From IMG/VR virus record IMGVR_UViG_3300034093_000924, positions 1-53,965 of that record: 53,965 nucleotides of DNA, one strand, 5' to 3'. Shown here in pieces: positions 27,623 through 36,828 of this stretch. Under the pieces are notes generated by a model, which saw only the letters and a program-made list of their open reading frames with translations, had not been told where the DNA came from and did not search any database. How positions within the stretch are numbered: the first letter of the stretch is position 1; each line of letters opens with the position of its first letter. Both the position numbers and the translations under genes were made by a program. Source of the DNA: a virus (lineage: Duplodnaviria > Caudoviricetes).

Positions 27623-27640
27623 AATCAAACTCCTTTTTTA

Positions 27641-27660
27641 ACAGGGGCCGAAGCCCCGTT
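27641..27660 (-). other. Intergenic stable hairpin GGGGC-UUCG-GCCCC
   Basis: C(UUCG)G tetraloop on the minus strand just before the SD of 27622; no U-tract on that strand. Confidence 0.55.
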
Positions 27661-27667
27661 GGGTTGA

Positions 27668-28210
27668 TTAAGAGTTGGCAAACGGCGTGGCAACCGTACC
27701 CGTACCAAGCACCGTGCCTTCAACCATGTACTTGTTAGCTGCAATTGCAAAAATCCGCACCCATGAACCTGCAACACCACCAGTGGTCGTGCCATTCAAG
27801 TTGATGAAGTCGTTAGCGGCAGCGGCAAAGAAACCAACCAATGCAGCGCCGTCTGAGTCAACGTCGTTCATGGTAATTGAGCCAACGTATTTGTCAGTAC
27901 CGTTTGTACCAATCTTCAACGAGCTGGTGGCAATCGTTGTGGGAACCCAGATGGTGTACAAAACACCTTCGTTGTTAACTGTGCTGGGGTCTTGGCCAGG
28001 GCCAGAAGTGGTGGGGTTTGCCGTCATGTTGATAGCGGGCAATGTCAGCGTCAGTGCAGCAGCCAATGTGCCGCCAACAGAGATGATGCGACCGCCATGA
28101 GCTTCGGGGCTTAATGTGGTGCTAGAAGTGATTTCAACGACAGCCGCTGGGCCTTGTTGGTAAATGCCGCCCAAAGAACGAATTGGGCCTTGAAACGTAG
28201 TGCGTGCCAT
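27668..28210 (-). CDS. Virion structural protein (180 aa), possible head fibre/decoration
   Basis: MARTTFQGPIRS N-terminus, TLTLPA, INLNGTTTGG; first gene after the major capsid gene. Confidence 0.7.
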   Translation of the reverse strand: MARTTFQGPIRSLGGIYQQGPAAVVEITSSTTLSPEAHGGRIISVGGTLAAALTLTLPAINMTANPTTSGPGQDPSTVNNEGVLYTIWVPTTIATSSLKIGTNGTDKYVGSITMNDVDSDGAALVGFFAAAANDFINLNGTTTGGVAGSWVRIFAIAANKYMVEGTVLGTGTVATPFANS

Positions 28211-28220
28211 GATAATTTCC

Positions 28221-28293
28221 TTACATGCAAGTGGGGCGTATCTGTCTGCATGTCGTCAGCCGGGACTGTCAGATACACCGGAAAGCCCGGAAT
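28221..28293 (-). ncRNA. Candidate structured (pseudoknotted) 5' leader RNA
   Basis: Three interleaved helices: CCGGG/CCCGG, GGUGUAUCUG/CAGAUACGCC and ACAUGCAG/UUGCAUGU, the last abutting the SD. Confidence 0.5.
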
Positions 28294-28299
28294 AGTTGC

Positions 28300-28328
28300 A
28301 ATATACACTAAAAGAAAAAGGGGCACAA
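28300..28328 (-). promoter_or_regulatory. Candidate sigma70 promoter overlapping the capsid terminator
   Basis: Minus strand TTGTGC-17 nt-TATATT. Confidence 0.4.
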
Positions 28329-28340
28329 GGCCCCTTTTTC
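28310..28340 (-). terminator. Intrinsic terminator after the major capsid gene
   Basis: Minus strand GAAAAAGGGGC-CTTGT-GCCCCTTTTTCTTTT, ~10 nt after the stop; potentially bidirectional. Confidence 0.8.
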
Positions 28341-28349
28341 ATAGACACA

Positions 28350-29279
28350 TTAAGCGCCTGCGGAACCCCACATACCGAGGGGATCAGACCAGCCGAAGCT
28401 GTAACGCTCACGAGCCTTGTAACGGACGTTGCCCGTATCAAAGTCGCCGTCCATCGAGTTTGCCAGGGGCATACGCTCGAAATGCTTCATGCCGTTGGGA
28501 ACGTCGGTAATCAAATACCAGCCATTCGAATCGGTCAAGAAGTGGTTGACACAGTAGCCTTCAGGAATCGCACCCATCTGCTTGATAGCGTTGATGTCGT
28601 TATCAGCAGTAGAGACACGCAGTTCAGTGTCAAGCAAGCGCTTGGCAACGAACATCAGCGCTGGGGGGATGACCATCTTGCGGGGCTTGGCAGCGATCAA
28701 CAGACCACGCTCATCGGTCCATGCAGCGATTTGAATCACGGCATTTTCCAAGGAGGTTTCGTTCAAGTCCACGCCAGTGGTGGGGCTGTTGAAGTTAACC
28801 GCGCCATTCACCAAGGGGTGGCCAACACGAGTGCTGGAGCTGTTGTTACCAAACAAGGTCACGCCGTCACCACCCAGGTAAGAACCGTTGAACCCGTTAT
28901 TGATAACGGAGGCGGCTTTAACCTGCTTGGTGTAGGACATCGCACGAGCCAGGGCTTTGGTGTAACGAGCAGACAGTGAGTCGTACAAGTTATCTTCCAC
29001 AGCTTCCTCGGTGATCGAGAAGCCCAGGGCGATGGTCTCGTGGTTGTAACGGGCGGTAAACGCTTCCTGCGCATTGTCGTAGGAGATAGCGGAACCCTCG
29101 TTCTTGACGGGAGCAGCACCGAAACCAGCAAGCTTGGTCTCTTCTTCGAAGCTACGCTCTGATTTCTCAGTTTCGTAGATTTCTTTGTGCTCTTCGCCGT
29201 AACGAGCGTATTCCAAACCGAACAAAGCGTTCAGACCAGGGAGCAACTCTTTAAGTAGTTGTGCGCGTGAAATTGCCAT
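28350..29279 (-). CDS. Major capsid protein (309 aa)
   Basis: MAISRAQLLKELLPGLNALFG...DGVTLF...HPL...RYKARERYSFGWSDP; strong TAAGGAG RBS; follows scaffold; terminator downstream. Confidence 0.88.
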   Translation of the reverse strand: MAISRAQLLKELLPGLNALFGLEYARYGEEHKEIYETEKSERSFEEETKLAGFGAAPVKNEGSAISYDNAQEAFTARYNHETIALGFSITEEAVEDNLYDSLSARYTKALARAMSYTKQVKAASVINNGFNGSYLGGDGVTLFGNNSSSTRVGHPLVNGAVNFNSPTTGVDLNETSLENAVIQIAAWTDERGLLIAAKPRKMVIPPALMFVAKRLLDTELRVSTADNDINAIKQMGAIPEGYCVNHFLTDSNGWYLITDVPNGMKHFERMPLANSMDGDFDTGNVRYKARERYSFGWSDPLGMWGSAGA

Positions 29280-29292
29280 TTTGAGTTACTCC

Positions 29293-29919
29293 TTACAGAC
29301 CAACTGCGTTGGTAAATGAGTGATAGCCGGGATTGATTTTGACCAGAATATCGGTGTAGGCGTCGCCCACAGTCGAGAAACCAACCATATCAACAAACCC
29401 AACAACACGGAATGCTGCGGTGGTGGTCACAGCCGAGGCACCTGCTACGACGGAAGCCGTAGAGTTACCAGTGGATGTGCTGCCAGTTGCCACAGCGCTA
29501 GTTGTGAAGAACACGTTTGCGCCCACGGCAGCTTGCGTGACAGAGCCAGCAGACTGAACTTGGAACACAACACCGGGGTCATCCACAACGTAGGCGTTAA
29601 CCACACCCGTGGTACCCGTGGGGTAGTACTGAGCGTAGATCACTTGGCCTTGTGCGTTGATGTAAGAACAGCCAACAAACACACCTACGATGCCCGTGTT
29701 AGCGGTGCCAGTAGGAAAGCCGTTGGTGGTCGCATCAGCGCCAGTTGCGGTGGCCACAGCCAGATAGCCAGACGCATTCACGTACACGGGCGAACCGTTG
29801 TAAATGCTTGAGGCAGTGCCTGCGGGGTCGATGAGATACGAACGGGTTGCACCTGCGTATGGTGTGCCACCCAGCTCATTCACGGGTTTTAGCCCGTATG
29901 GGGATGCTACTGATGCCAT
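29293..29919 (-). CDS. Capsid decoration/auxiliary head protein (208 aa)
   Basis: PYGLKPV...GIVGVFVGC...VVDDPGVVFQVQ; immediately upstream of the capsid gene. Confidence 0.65.
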   Translation of the reverse strand: MASVASPYGLKPVNELGGTPYAGATRSYLIDPAGTASSIYNGSPVYVNASGYLAVATATGADATTNGFPTGTANTGIVGVFVGCSYINAQGQVIYAQYYPTGTTGVVNAYVVDDPGVVFQVQSAGSVTQAAVGANVFFTTSAVATGSTSTGNSTASVVAGASAVTTTAAFRVVGFVDMVGFSTVGDAYTDILVKINPGYHSFTNAVGL

Positions 29920-29934
29920 TTAAGGACTCCTTGT

Positions 29935-30387
29935 TTACTTAGAACCTGAACCAAACCCTTTGCCGCCACTGACTGAAGACTTGCGGTCCGCAAACAGGGG
30001 CATGCGAGGATCATTGTTTCGCATGAAGTGGTTGTCCACCGATTCCATCTGGTTTTGTGCTTGTCGGTCGTAATAGTCGTCCCGTGCGCGTGCTTTCTCG
30101 GCGATCATCTTGCAGAGCATGAGTCCGCCAATCTCCACGTTCCCGGTCTTCGCATTGCCTTCAATCATCAATTCCGGATGATCTTCTGCCTTGACTGGCT
30201 CCCAACCGTCGCGCATCTTTCGAGACACGTTGGTGGGTTCAGCTTGCCCTAATACGTGTGTAGCTACCCAGCGGTACACATATCCTGGCTCCGGGGTCGG
30301 ATCAGGCAGTGCCGAGGACGGCGTATACACATAACGAGTTTGCTTGTCGCGTGACACAAGGTCACGGGGGGTACGGTTTTCAGCCAT
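29935..30387 (-). CDS. Head-module hypothetical protein (150 aa)
   Basis: LPDP...YRWV...GWEPV...IGGLMLCK; lies between scaffold and decoration genes. Confidence 0.7.
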   Translation of the reverse strand: MAENRTPRDLVSRDKQTRYVYTPSSALPDPTPEPGYVYRWVATHVLGQAEPTNVSRKMRDGWEPVKAEDHPELMIEGNAKTGNVEIGGLMLCKMIAEKARARDDYYDRQAQNQMESVDNHFMRNNDPRMPLFADRKSSVSGGKGFGSGSK

Positions 30388-31339
30388 TTTGACTCTCCAA
30401 TTTTGCTACTTGAGCAGCGTACTGCTGCGGGGTTAATCCAAATTTCTTTGCCAGTGCGACCTGGGTCTGAGTTAATTGGACTTTCTTGGCTCCCGACGAA
30501 CGGGTCGCGGGAGCTGCAACGGCAGCAGGTCGTCTTGGAGAATCTCCCGACCTTGGCTTGTCTTCGGCACCACCGAAAACTTCGGGGAACTTCGACTTCA
30601 CGCGATCATTTATTTGATCGAAATAATCATCACTGCGGGGGTCTACCCCGTTGTTGACTAGTTTTTGATGCAGCCCTAGTGCGTAGCTGGTAACTTCTTC
30701 GAACCCGTTTGCGCCAAACCACTGGTTTTTTGCCTGCCAGCGCAGGGTTTTTTCGTCTGGTTGCGCCTGTTCGGGTGCGCTTTGACGCGTTTGTACCTCA
30801 TATTCTTCAGTTTGTAAAGGGGGTGGGCGAAAACTTTTCGCTTGCTCCAATTTCCACTTGGCGTCAGTCATTGCTTCCTGGGCTGCAATGATGGCATCAG
30901 TGTCAAACGCTTCCTGGGCATCCTTGTACTGGCGGCGGGCTTTCTCCAGTTCGGCTTCCGCCGCACTTTTAGCCATAGTGCCGTACTGCTCTGTTCCGTT
31001 GGACACGTACTGTTTTAACTGCTTGTTCTCGTTGATGAGCTGCTGTGCAAGACGCTCGAGTTCTTGCTTCTCGCGTATGGTGGATTCTTTGGCCCGGCGT
31101 TCGTCGTGACGGGCATGGGTCAACTCCTTAATGCGTTTTTGGGCACCTTGGGTGTATGACTCAATTTCATCGTCCGTGGGGTCTTCCACCTCTCGGTCCA
31201 GGGGCCTGCGGCCTCTGTCTTGGATGGGGGTGTCGTCAATGACTTCAACTTCTACGTCACCGTCATCCTCCACGGACACCTTGACCTGGGAGGTCTTTTC
31301 GTCGTCTTGTTCGTCTGGGAACTTGTATTGTTCAGCCAT
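30380..31339 (-). CDS. Capsid scaffolding protein (319 aa)
   Basis: Acidic N-terminus, KRIKELT coiled coil, WQAKNQWF, C-terminal AKKFGLTPQQYA; lies between portal and capsid. Confidence 0.7.
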   Translation of the reverse strand: MAEQYKFPDEQDDEKTSQVKVSVEDDGDVEVEVIDDTPIQDRGRRPLDREVEDPTDDEIESYTQGAQKRIKELTHARHDERRAKESTIREKQELERLAQQLINENKQLKQYVSNGTEQYGTMAKSAAEAELEKARRQYKDAQEAFDTDAIIAAQEAMTDAKWKLEQAKSFRPPPLQTEEYEVQTRQSAPEQAQPDEKTLRWQAKNQWFGANGFEEVTSYALGLHQKLVNNGVDPRSDDYFDQINDRVKSKFPEVFGGAEDKPRSGDSPRRPAAVAAPATRSSGAKKVQLTQTQVALAKKFGLTPQQYAAQVAKLESQNG

Positions 31340-31349
31340 GTCTACTCCA

Positions 31350-31787
31350 TCAAGCGCGGGTTAACCCGCGAGGGTCTTGCACAACAGCATCGACTTGATC
31401 GTCATTTATCAAGCGAAACTCCTTACCGAAAATCTTGAAGCGCGTACCAGAATAGGTACGTACCAACACAAAGTCTCCTGCCTTGCACCACGCGCCTGCG
31501 GGGAACTTGGTGGTGTCTTTGTATGCGTCAGGGCCGACCTTGAGCACAAACAGAACCGTTGTGGCGTGTTCTTCTTGGCGCATGACGGATGACGCTTTAA
31601 CGAGATCAAGCTCAGTACCGTCAATCTTTTCAGATATGTCTGGCACCGCACACAGCAGCTTCCAGCCTGTTGGCTCTGGCAGCATGGTTGCTTTCTCGTC
31701 GTTGTTTGCGTCTTCTGCCGGGGCAGCGACGGGTTGGATTGCTTCAGGCAGGGCAAATTGCCCCGGTTCAAGTACGAGTTCACTCAT
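31350..31787 (-). CDS. groES: GroES-like co-chaperonin
   Basis: PTGWKLL...VLKVGPDAY...CKAGDFVLVRTYSGTRFKIFGKEFRLINDDQVDAVV matches the Cpn10 pattern; ATG 31787 overlaps the upstream gene end. Confidence 0.8.
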   Translation of the reverse strand: MSELVLEPGQFALPEAIQPVAAPAEDANNDEKATMLPEPTGWKLLCAVPDISEKIDGTELDLVKASSVMRQEEHATTVLFVLKVGPDAYKDTTKFPAGAWCKAGDFVLVRTYSGTRFKIFGKEFRLINDDQVDAVVQDPRGLTRA

Positions 31788-31974
31788 CGGATTGTTCAAC
31801 TTTCTTTGCAAGGTCAATGATGTAACGCTCTGCAAGGGCCAGACCCTGAATGATCCCGCAAAGTTTTTGGTACTCGTCAAAAGTGCGACACGCACCCCCC
31901 GCGCAGTCATCTGCGTAGTTGTTCATGTCGGTGCGTATTTGTTCGCGCAATACGCGTGCGAAATCTTCGATCAT
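31780..31974 (-). CDS. Hypothetical protein (64 aa)
   Basis: Helical (EYQKLCGIIQGL); ATGA overlap with the portal stop. Confidence 0.7.
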   Translation of the reverse strand: MIEDFARVLREQIRTDMNNYADDCAGGACRTFDEYQKLCGIIQGLALAERYIIDLAKKVEQSDE

Positions 31975-34514
31975 GTTTTAGGGGTGTCCTTTCGTTGGTT
32001 TTCTTTACGCTTAAGCAACTGGTCATCAACACGCAATAGGGCATCCCCCATCTTTTGCTGGTTGTTGAACTGTTGTTCTTTTTGGGACATCTGAAACTTG
32101 CCCGCATTTTCTGCTGCTTGGAGCGCCTGATCTTCTTTGTCCATTCGGTACTTGCCGACTTTGGCCATGGCGTCCATTTGCAGTTTCTTTTCCTCGATGG
32201 CCAACTTGCCGGTAACTTCCTTGTCCTTGAGCTGCATCTCTTGCTGCGCCTGCTGTGCTTTTGTCTGGGCTTCTTGCTGCTTGATCTGCACTTCTTGTTG
32301 GCGAATTTGCAAATCTTGCTGCTGCATCTTTAGCACGGGGTCTTGCGCTTGCTGCTGGGCTTGCTGTTGCTGAGCCTGCTGTTGGTTTTGCTGGAGCACT
32401 TGTTGTGCTGCCTGCGCCATCATCCCTGACAGAGCCACCTCAATCTGCGGGGGCAGTTTCTCGTCTGCCGGGGGCAGGGGCATACCAAGTTGCTGCTCGA
32501 TCTTTTGGCGGTAACCAAACCCAACGTGCTCGGCAATGTGCGCCTGCATGGCTGCTTGGATCACTGGTGCCTTGGGGTTTTGGCCGATTAACTGCATGAT
32601 GATTGGGTCTTGCATGGCCATCGTGTGCACCTTGATGTGCGACTCGTGGTCTTGGTAGAAGAACGCCTTGAGCGGTTCCCCTTTGAGTGCGGCCATGTTC
32701 TCCGACACAGGGTCTCTGGGTCTCTGGTCGTCAGGCAGGGGCACAAGCTTGTCTGCGTCCTTGATGCCCAAGACCTCCAGCATCTGACGGTGCAACTGGG
32801 GCAAGTCGTAGATGTCCGGGGCCATCTGCGCCATCTGGATGACGGCTTGATACTGCACAACCCGCTGGCTCATAGTGGCCGCGTTGGGGTCACTCACCGG
32901 GATGATGTCAACGTGTTTGTAGTCCGCTTGCTTGGCACGCCTTGTGGACTTGTCTGGGTCGTAGTCGTACTCGGGGTCTGTGTAGTCCCGAATCAACCCG
33001 GCCAGCAGTTGCAGTTCTTGTTTGAAGCTGTAGTGCAGCCGTGCCTGGACAGCCGACATCACTTTCAACTGACGCTCCAGCAGAGCCAGGGTCGTGCCCA
33101 CGGGCGCTTGTGCGCTCATGTCCGAGACCTTCATGTCCGCCGTGGCGGCAAAGCGTCTGCCTTCCTCCACGATGGTGCCCAGCAACTGGTACAGAACGCC
33201 GCTTGGCTCCTTGTACGGCAGGGGTAGGATGTTGTCTCTGAGCGCCCCAGAACTAACGTCTACGTCTCTGAACTCGCCGGGTTGAATTGGTGTGTCATCA
33301 CCCTTAATGCGAAGCCCTCGAGTCTTGAGGCCCCCTGGCAGGTTGGAGAGCGTACCCGCATCGACAAGCTGGCGCATGATGCTGGTTGCAGACTTGGCAA
33401 ACCCACCGATAAGGTGGAAAAGACCAAAGCCATAAGCCCCGAATCCGGGGATGTATTGGTAGTGGACAAAATGCTGTCGCTTGAGTCGCAGGTCATCGTC
33501 TTCCTTCCAGTTGCGGCGAACGGCCAACACCTCGTTGGTCCCTTTTATTAGGGTAACTACGTATGGCAAAGCAATACCCGTCTCTTCGCCATCATCGTCT
33601 TTGTCTTGGTAGCCCTCCAAGTCCAGGTCAACGTGGCACTCAAAGATGATATAGCGCTCGTCGTTCAGGTCACTGAACCCCGTCTCTTTGTCCTTGGCTT
33701 TCTGGATGTTGGTCTGCTCTTTGGACGGATCGGGCAACTCAACGTCCCGGTAGAACCCGGCTTTCTGGAGTTTCACAATCTCGTTTTTGGTCTTGCGCAT
33801 CACATGGGTGACGCGGTAGCAAGTGTCCAAGTCCGTGGCCCCGTAGGGCAGGATGATGTCTTCAGCGGGGATGAACATTGACACCTGACGCCCCAGGCTT
33901 GGGTCGTAATACACCTTTTTGAACGCGCTACCCGTGGCTGGCAGGCTCCACAGCATGCGCTCATGCTCGGGCCTGAACTCACGCATCACTTCTGTCAGCT
34001 CGTAGTTCATGTCGAACTCGACGCGGACAGCGGCTTCTTGTTTCTCTGGGGTCTGCTTGCCCAGTATCTTGGTCCGCACCGGGCCTTGCGCGGGGAAGGT
34101 CTCTGTGATCGTCTCAGACTGGAAGCGCACAACCGCCTCGGTAATCATTGGGTGGAACACGCCAGACGCGCCGTTCCAAGGCTCTGTGCGCTCCTCGTAC
34201 TGGAGACCGAGCAGCTTTAGTCCCTCTGTGTAGGCTTTCTCCCAGTCCTTGCGGGAGTTCTTGTCGTTCTCGATGTCTCCTGCCAAGTCCCCAGCCAGGG
34301 TCTCCAGGGCAGACTGTTCCATCTCCTCGGCCAAGTTGACGTTGAACTCGTCCTCATCTTCGTCGCCTGGGCGGATAGACAACTCAAAGCCTGGACCTTC
34401 AATGTTGACTTCCTCGGGGTCGATGATCTCGATCTCAACCGCTTCTTCTTGCTCCCCTAGTTCGTCAATGCCCTGGGGCTGTTGGTAAAGCGCTTTGTCG
34501 ATATTGGTTGCCAT
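31971..34514 (-). CDS. Portal protein (P22-like, 847 aa)
   Basis: SRKDWE...HPMITEAVVRFQ...GSAFKKVYYD...LVDAGTLSNLPGG; Q-rich C-terminal coiled coil; follows terL. Confidence 0.88.
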   Translation of the reverse strand: MATNIDKALYQQPQGIDELGEQEEAVEIEIIDPEEVNIEGPGFELSIRPGDEDEDEFNVNLAEEMEQSALETLAGDLAGDIENDKNSRKDWEKAYTEGLKLLGLQYEERTEPWNGASGVFHPMITEAVVRFQSETITETFPAQGPVRTKILGKQTPEKQEAAVRVEFDMNYELTEVMREFRPEHERMLWSLPATGSAFKKVYYDPSLGRQVSMFIPAEDIILPYGATDLDTCYRVTHVMRKTKNEIVKLQKAGFYRDVELPDPSKEQTNIQKAKDKETGFSDLNDERYIIFECHVDLDLEGYQDKDDDGEETGIALPYVVTLIKGTNEVLAVRRNWKEDDDLRLKRQHFVHYQYIPGFGAYGFGLFHLIGGFAKSATSIMRQLVDAGTLSNLPGGLKTRGLRIKGDDTPIQPGEFRDVDVSSGALRDNILPLPYKEPSGVLYQLLGTIVEEGRRFAATADMKVSDMSAQAPVGTTLALLERQLKVMSAVQARLHYSFKQELQLLAGLIRDYTDPEYDYDPDKSTRRAKQADYKHVDIIPVSDPNAATMSQRVVQYQAVIQMAQMAPDIYDLPQLHRQMLEVLGIKDADKLVPLPDDQRPRDPVSENMAALKGEPLKAFFYQDHESHIKVHTMAMQDPIIMQLIGQNPKAPVIQAAMQAHIAEHVGFGYRQKIEQQLGMPLPPADEKLPPQIEVALSGMMAQAAQQVLQQNQQQAQQQQAQQQAQDPVLKMQQQDLQIRQQEVQIKQQEAQTKAQQAQQEMQLKDKEVTGKLAIEEKKLQMDAMAKVGKYRMDKEDQALQAAENAGKFQMSQKEQQFNNQQKMGDALLRVDDQLLKRKENQRKDTPKT

Positions 34515-34522
34515 GTCTGTCC

Positions 34523-36058
34523 TTAGTAATACGCCGCCTTACGGCGGAAGTAGATGGGGTCGTCTTTCTCGTCGGTGTTCAAACTGATGAACCCGCCCTG
34601 TCTGAACCGCAGCAACGCCTGGGAGGTCGTGTCCACGTAGTCATCGTTCTCGCCGTTGGGGAAGGACGCCACCTCCTCGATGACCTCCCTGGCCCAGCGT
34701 GTGTCTGGTGCCCAGACTGTACCTGAACTGAACAAGTCCGCAACCGCGTTTAGCCGCACAATTTTGTCGTTGCCCCTGGAGGGGTTGGTCTCTTGTACAG
34801 GTATGCCCATTCTGCGCAACTCTTGTATCAGTGGCGCTCCTGCGGCTTTCTTCTCCACGATGAAGGCATCTGGCTCCCACTCCTTGTAGTGCTTGAGTGC
34901 CGTGGCTTTCAACTCAGGAAACTGCATCCTGTCTTTAAACGCATCGAGCAGTATGACCTGCGCCGCGTCGTTCTCTTCCTCGTTGTAGAACACGCCCCAG
35001 GTTGTGCACGCCGAATAGTCGGCGCTGGTCTTGGCTTCAAACGCCGTGTCCCAGCTCTGGATGATGTACTCACAGGTGGGTGGGTCTTCCCCCTCCCAGA
35101 TGCGCCAGTTCTTTCTGGAGATGATGGCCGCGTTGTCGCTGGTGGGCTGCTGCATGTACTGGGCGTTCCAGTACTGGGGGTCAATCGAGGCTTTGGCCGA
35201 CTTCAACGCAGCCAGGGGCCACTGCTCTGGCCACAAGGACTTCTCGTCGTCCATGCCTTCGTTCAGTATGGCTGGCAACTCCACAATCTCCCATGCGGGT
35301 GCGTTGGGGTTCTTGGTCTGGTAGTCAATCAGCCTCCCGGTCAGGTCCAGTTTGCCCCAGCGGGTCATCACCACGATGATCCCACCCCCTGGCATCAAGC
35401 GCTGGAGGGGTCCAGTCTGGAACCAACTCCATGCCGTGTCAAACGCTAGACGACTGTTGGCTTTTACGTCTTGTTCCGAGTGAGGGTCATCCACAACAAA
35501 CAGATCGGCACCCCGACCAGCCAGAGCACCACCGACGCCAGCAGCGTAATACTGACCCCCAGCGCTAGTACCCCATTTTCCAGCAGCTTTCTGGTCATCG
35601 GCAACAAGTGTTTGTGGAAAAAGCTCACGGTAGTCCTCGCTGTCGATCAAATTGCGGACCTTGCGGCCAAAGTCTTCGGACAAAGACGCGGTGTGCGTCC
35701 CCATGATGATCTTCTTATTAGGGTATTTACCTAGAAAGTACGCTGGGAACAGGTAAGAACTGAATTCTGACTTGCCCATACGGGGTGCGATGTTGATGAT
35801 GACCCGGTTTTTGCGCCCTTCAATCACATCGGTGAAAATTTTGGCCAGTTTTCTGTGGTGTGGACCCACTTTGAACCCTGGATAGACCCGTTTGGCAAAC
35901 GAAATCATGTCCTGGCGTGCTGCTGCCACCCCGTAGCGCTTCTCGCGCTCCTCCAACATGTCAAACAACTCCATCTTCTCCTTGAGAGACAGTGTTGGGA
36001 GCGCCTGCTGGATAGCAGCGATCTCAGTTGGGGAGAGCGTCAGGTCGTTGAGCTTCAT
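34523..36058 (-). CDS. terL: Terminase large subunit
   Basis: Walker A-like APRMGKS, Walker B VVDDP, motif III MTRW, nuclease SWDTA and DDYVD. Confidence 0.93.
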   Translation of the reverse strand: MKLNDLTLSPTEIAAIQQALPTLSLKEKMELFDMLEEREKRYGVAAARQDMISFAKRVYPGFKVGPHHRKLAKIFTDVIEGRKNRVIINIAPRMGKSEFSSYLFPAYFLGKYPNKKIIMGTHTASLSEDFGRKVRNLIDSEDYRELFPQTLVADDQKAAGKWGTSAGGQYYAAGVGGALAGRGADLFVVDDPHSEQDVKANSRLAFDTAWSWFQTGPLQRLMPGGGIIVVMTRWGKLDLTGRLIDYQTKNPNAPAWEIVELPAILNEGMDDEKSLWPEQWPLAALKSAKASIDPQYWNAQYMQQPTSDNAAIISRKNWRIWEGEDPPTCEYIIQSWDTAFEAKTSADYSACTTWGVFYNEEENDAAQVILLDAFKDRMQFPELKATALKHYKEWEPDAFIVEKKAAGAPLIQELRRMGIPVQETNPSRGNDKIVRLNAVADLFSSGTVWAPDTRWAREVIEEVASFPNGENDDYVDTTSQALLRFRQGGFISLNTDEKDDPIYFRRKAAYY

Positions 36059-36647
36059 CAGCCGTGGGTGTGTGAGTACTAACTTCTATGTCCTCGATCA
36101 ATGCGGCGTCTGTGACGCCCATGAACCTGTTGAGCTTGTCTTTGATCTTCTGGTCGATCTCGTTGTCGGACAGGTCAGCCCGCTTAACCTCGATGCGTTC
36201 AGTAAACAGTCCAATCTCCGTGACCCGCCCGAGCATGTCCAGCGCCTTGAGCCTGATCCGAGCGTCGGGGTGGTTTGTTTCCTCCAGTATCTTGGCCACC
36301 GCCATGCCGCGCAGCTCTTTGGCTTGCTCGACAAACTCCCAGTCGTAGGCCGAGAGCATGGTGACCAGATGGCGCACAGCCTCTGGGGTTTTCAACTGGG
36401 TGAGTTGGTGTTTCGTTTCCGCAACAGGTTGTGCGGTGGCCAGCGCGGAGAACACTTTGCGTGCGGCGTTGGCTTGTGCTTGCTCGAGCGCCTTCTGGTC
36501 ACTGGCCACCCCCATGCTCTCCAGCCACTCGGTGGTCTTGACCTGGGCGTTCAGGATTTCTTCTGGGGATGAGGCATCCAACCCACGAACGGCTTTGCGC
36601 TCGTAGGAATCTACGGGGGGAGAGAAATCTATTAAGTGATCCAACAT
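36024..36647 (-). CDS. Probable terminase small subunit (start uncertain)
   Basis: Directly upstream of and overlapping terL; RLKALDMLGR...GLFTERIEV is a terS-like C-terminal motif. Confidence 0.6.
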   Translation of the reverse strand: MLDHLIDFSPPVDSYERKAVRGLDASSPEEILNAQVKTTEWLESMGVASDQKALEQAQANAARKVFSALATAQPVAETKHQLTQLKTPEAVRHLVTMLSAYDWEFVEQAKELRGMAVAKILEETNHPDARIRLKALDMLGRVTEIGLFTERIEVKRADLSDNEIDQKIKDKLNRFMGVTDAALIEDIEVSTHTPTADEAQRPDALPN

Positions 36648-36661
36648 ACGCGCATAAGCCC

Positions 36662-36690
36662 TTGAACCTGCGATTGGTCTAATGTACACT
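36662..36690 (+). promoter_or_regulatory. Candidate sigma70 promoter of the sRNA
   Basis: TTGAAC-17 nt-TACACT. Confidence 0.55.
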
Positions 36691-36696
36691 CAATCC

Positions 36697-36828
36697 CGGT
36701 AAGTGTGCAAGCAGTTGCCATTTGGCCTACGGCCAATTAGCAAAAATGCTCATTTGCTTCTCCTCCGGGGGTTTGTGATTATCCCCCCTCTTCATCCCCT
36801 GACTGGCAACGGTCAGGGGACTTTTTCG
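36697..36828 (+). ncRNA. Candidate trans-acting antisense sRNA (~130 nt)
   Basis: Bounded by a promoter and a terminator; hairpin, then unpaired seed CATTTGCTTCTCCTCC (36751-36766), then hairpin; seed is complementary to the early-gene RBS motif. Confidence 0.55.

Noticed and set aside
28250-28262. CUGACGA hammerhead-like core in the post-capsid leader
   Set aside because: The GAAA and cleavage triplet are not positioned as the hammerhead consensus requires; kept only as an unclassified structured RNA.
36727-36753. Minus-strand minigene MSIFANWP with a strong RBS
   Set aside because: Only 8 codons, and the promoter, GNRA loop and U-tract all point to plus-strand transcription. Not listed as a CDS, but it remains the main alternative to the sRNA model.
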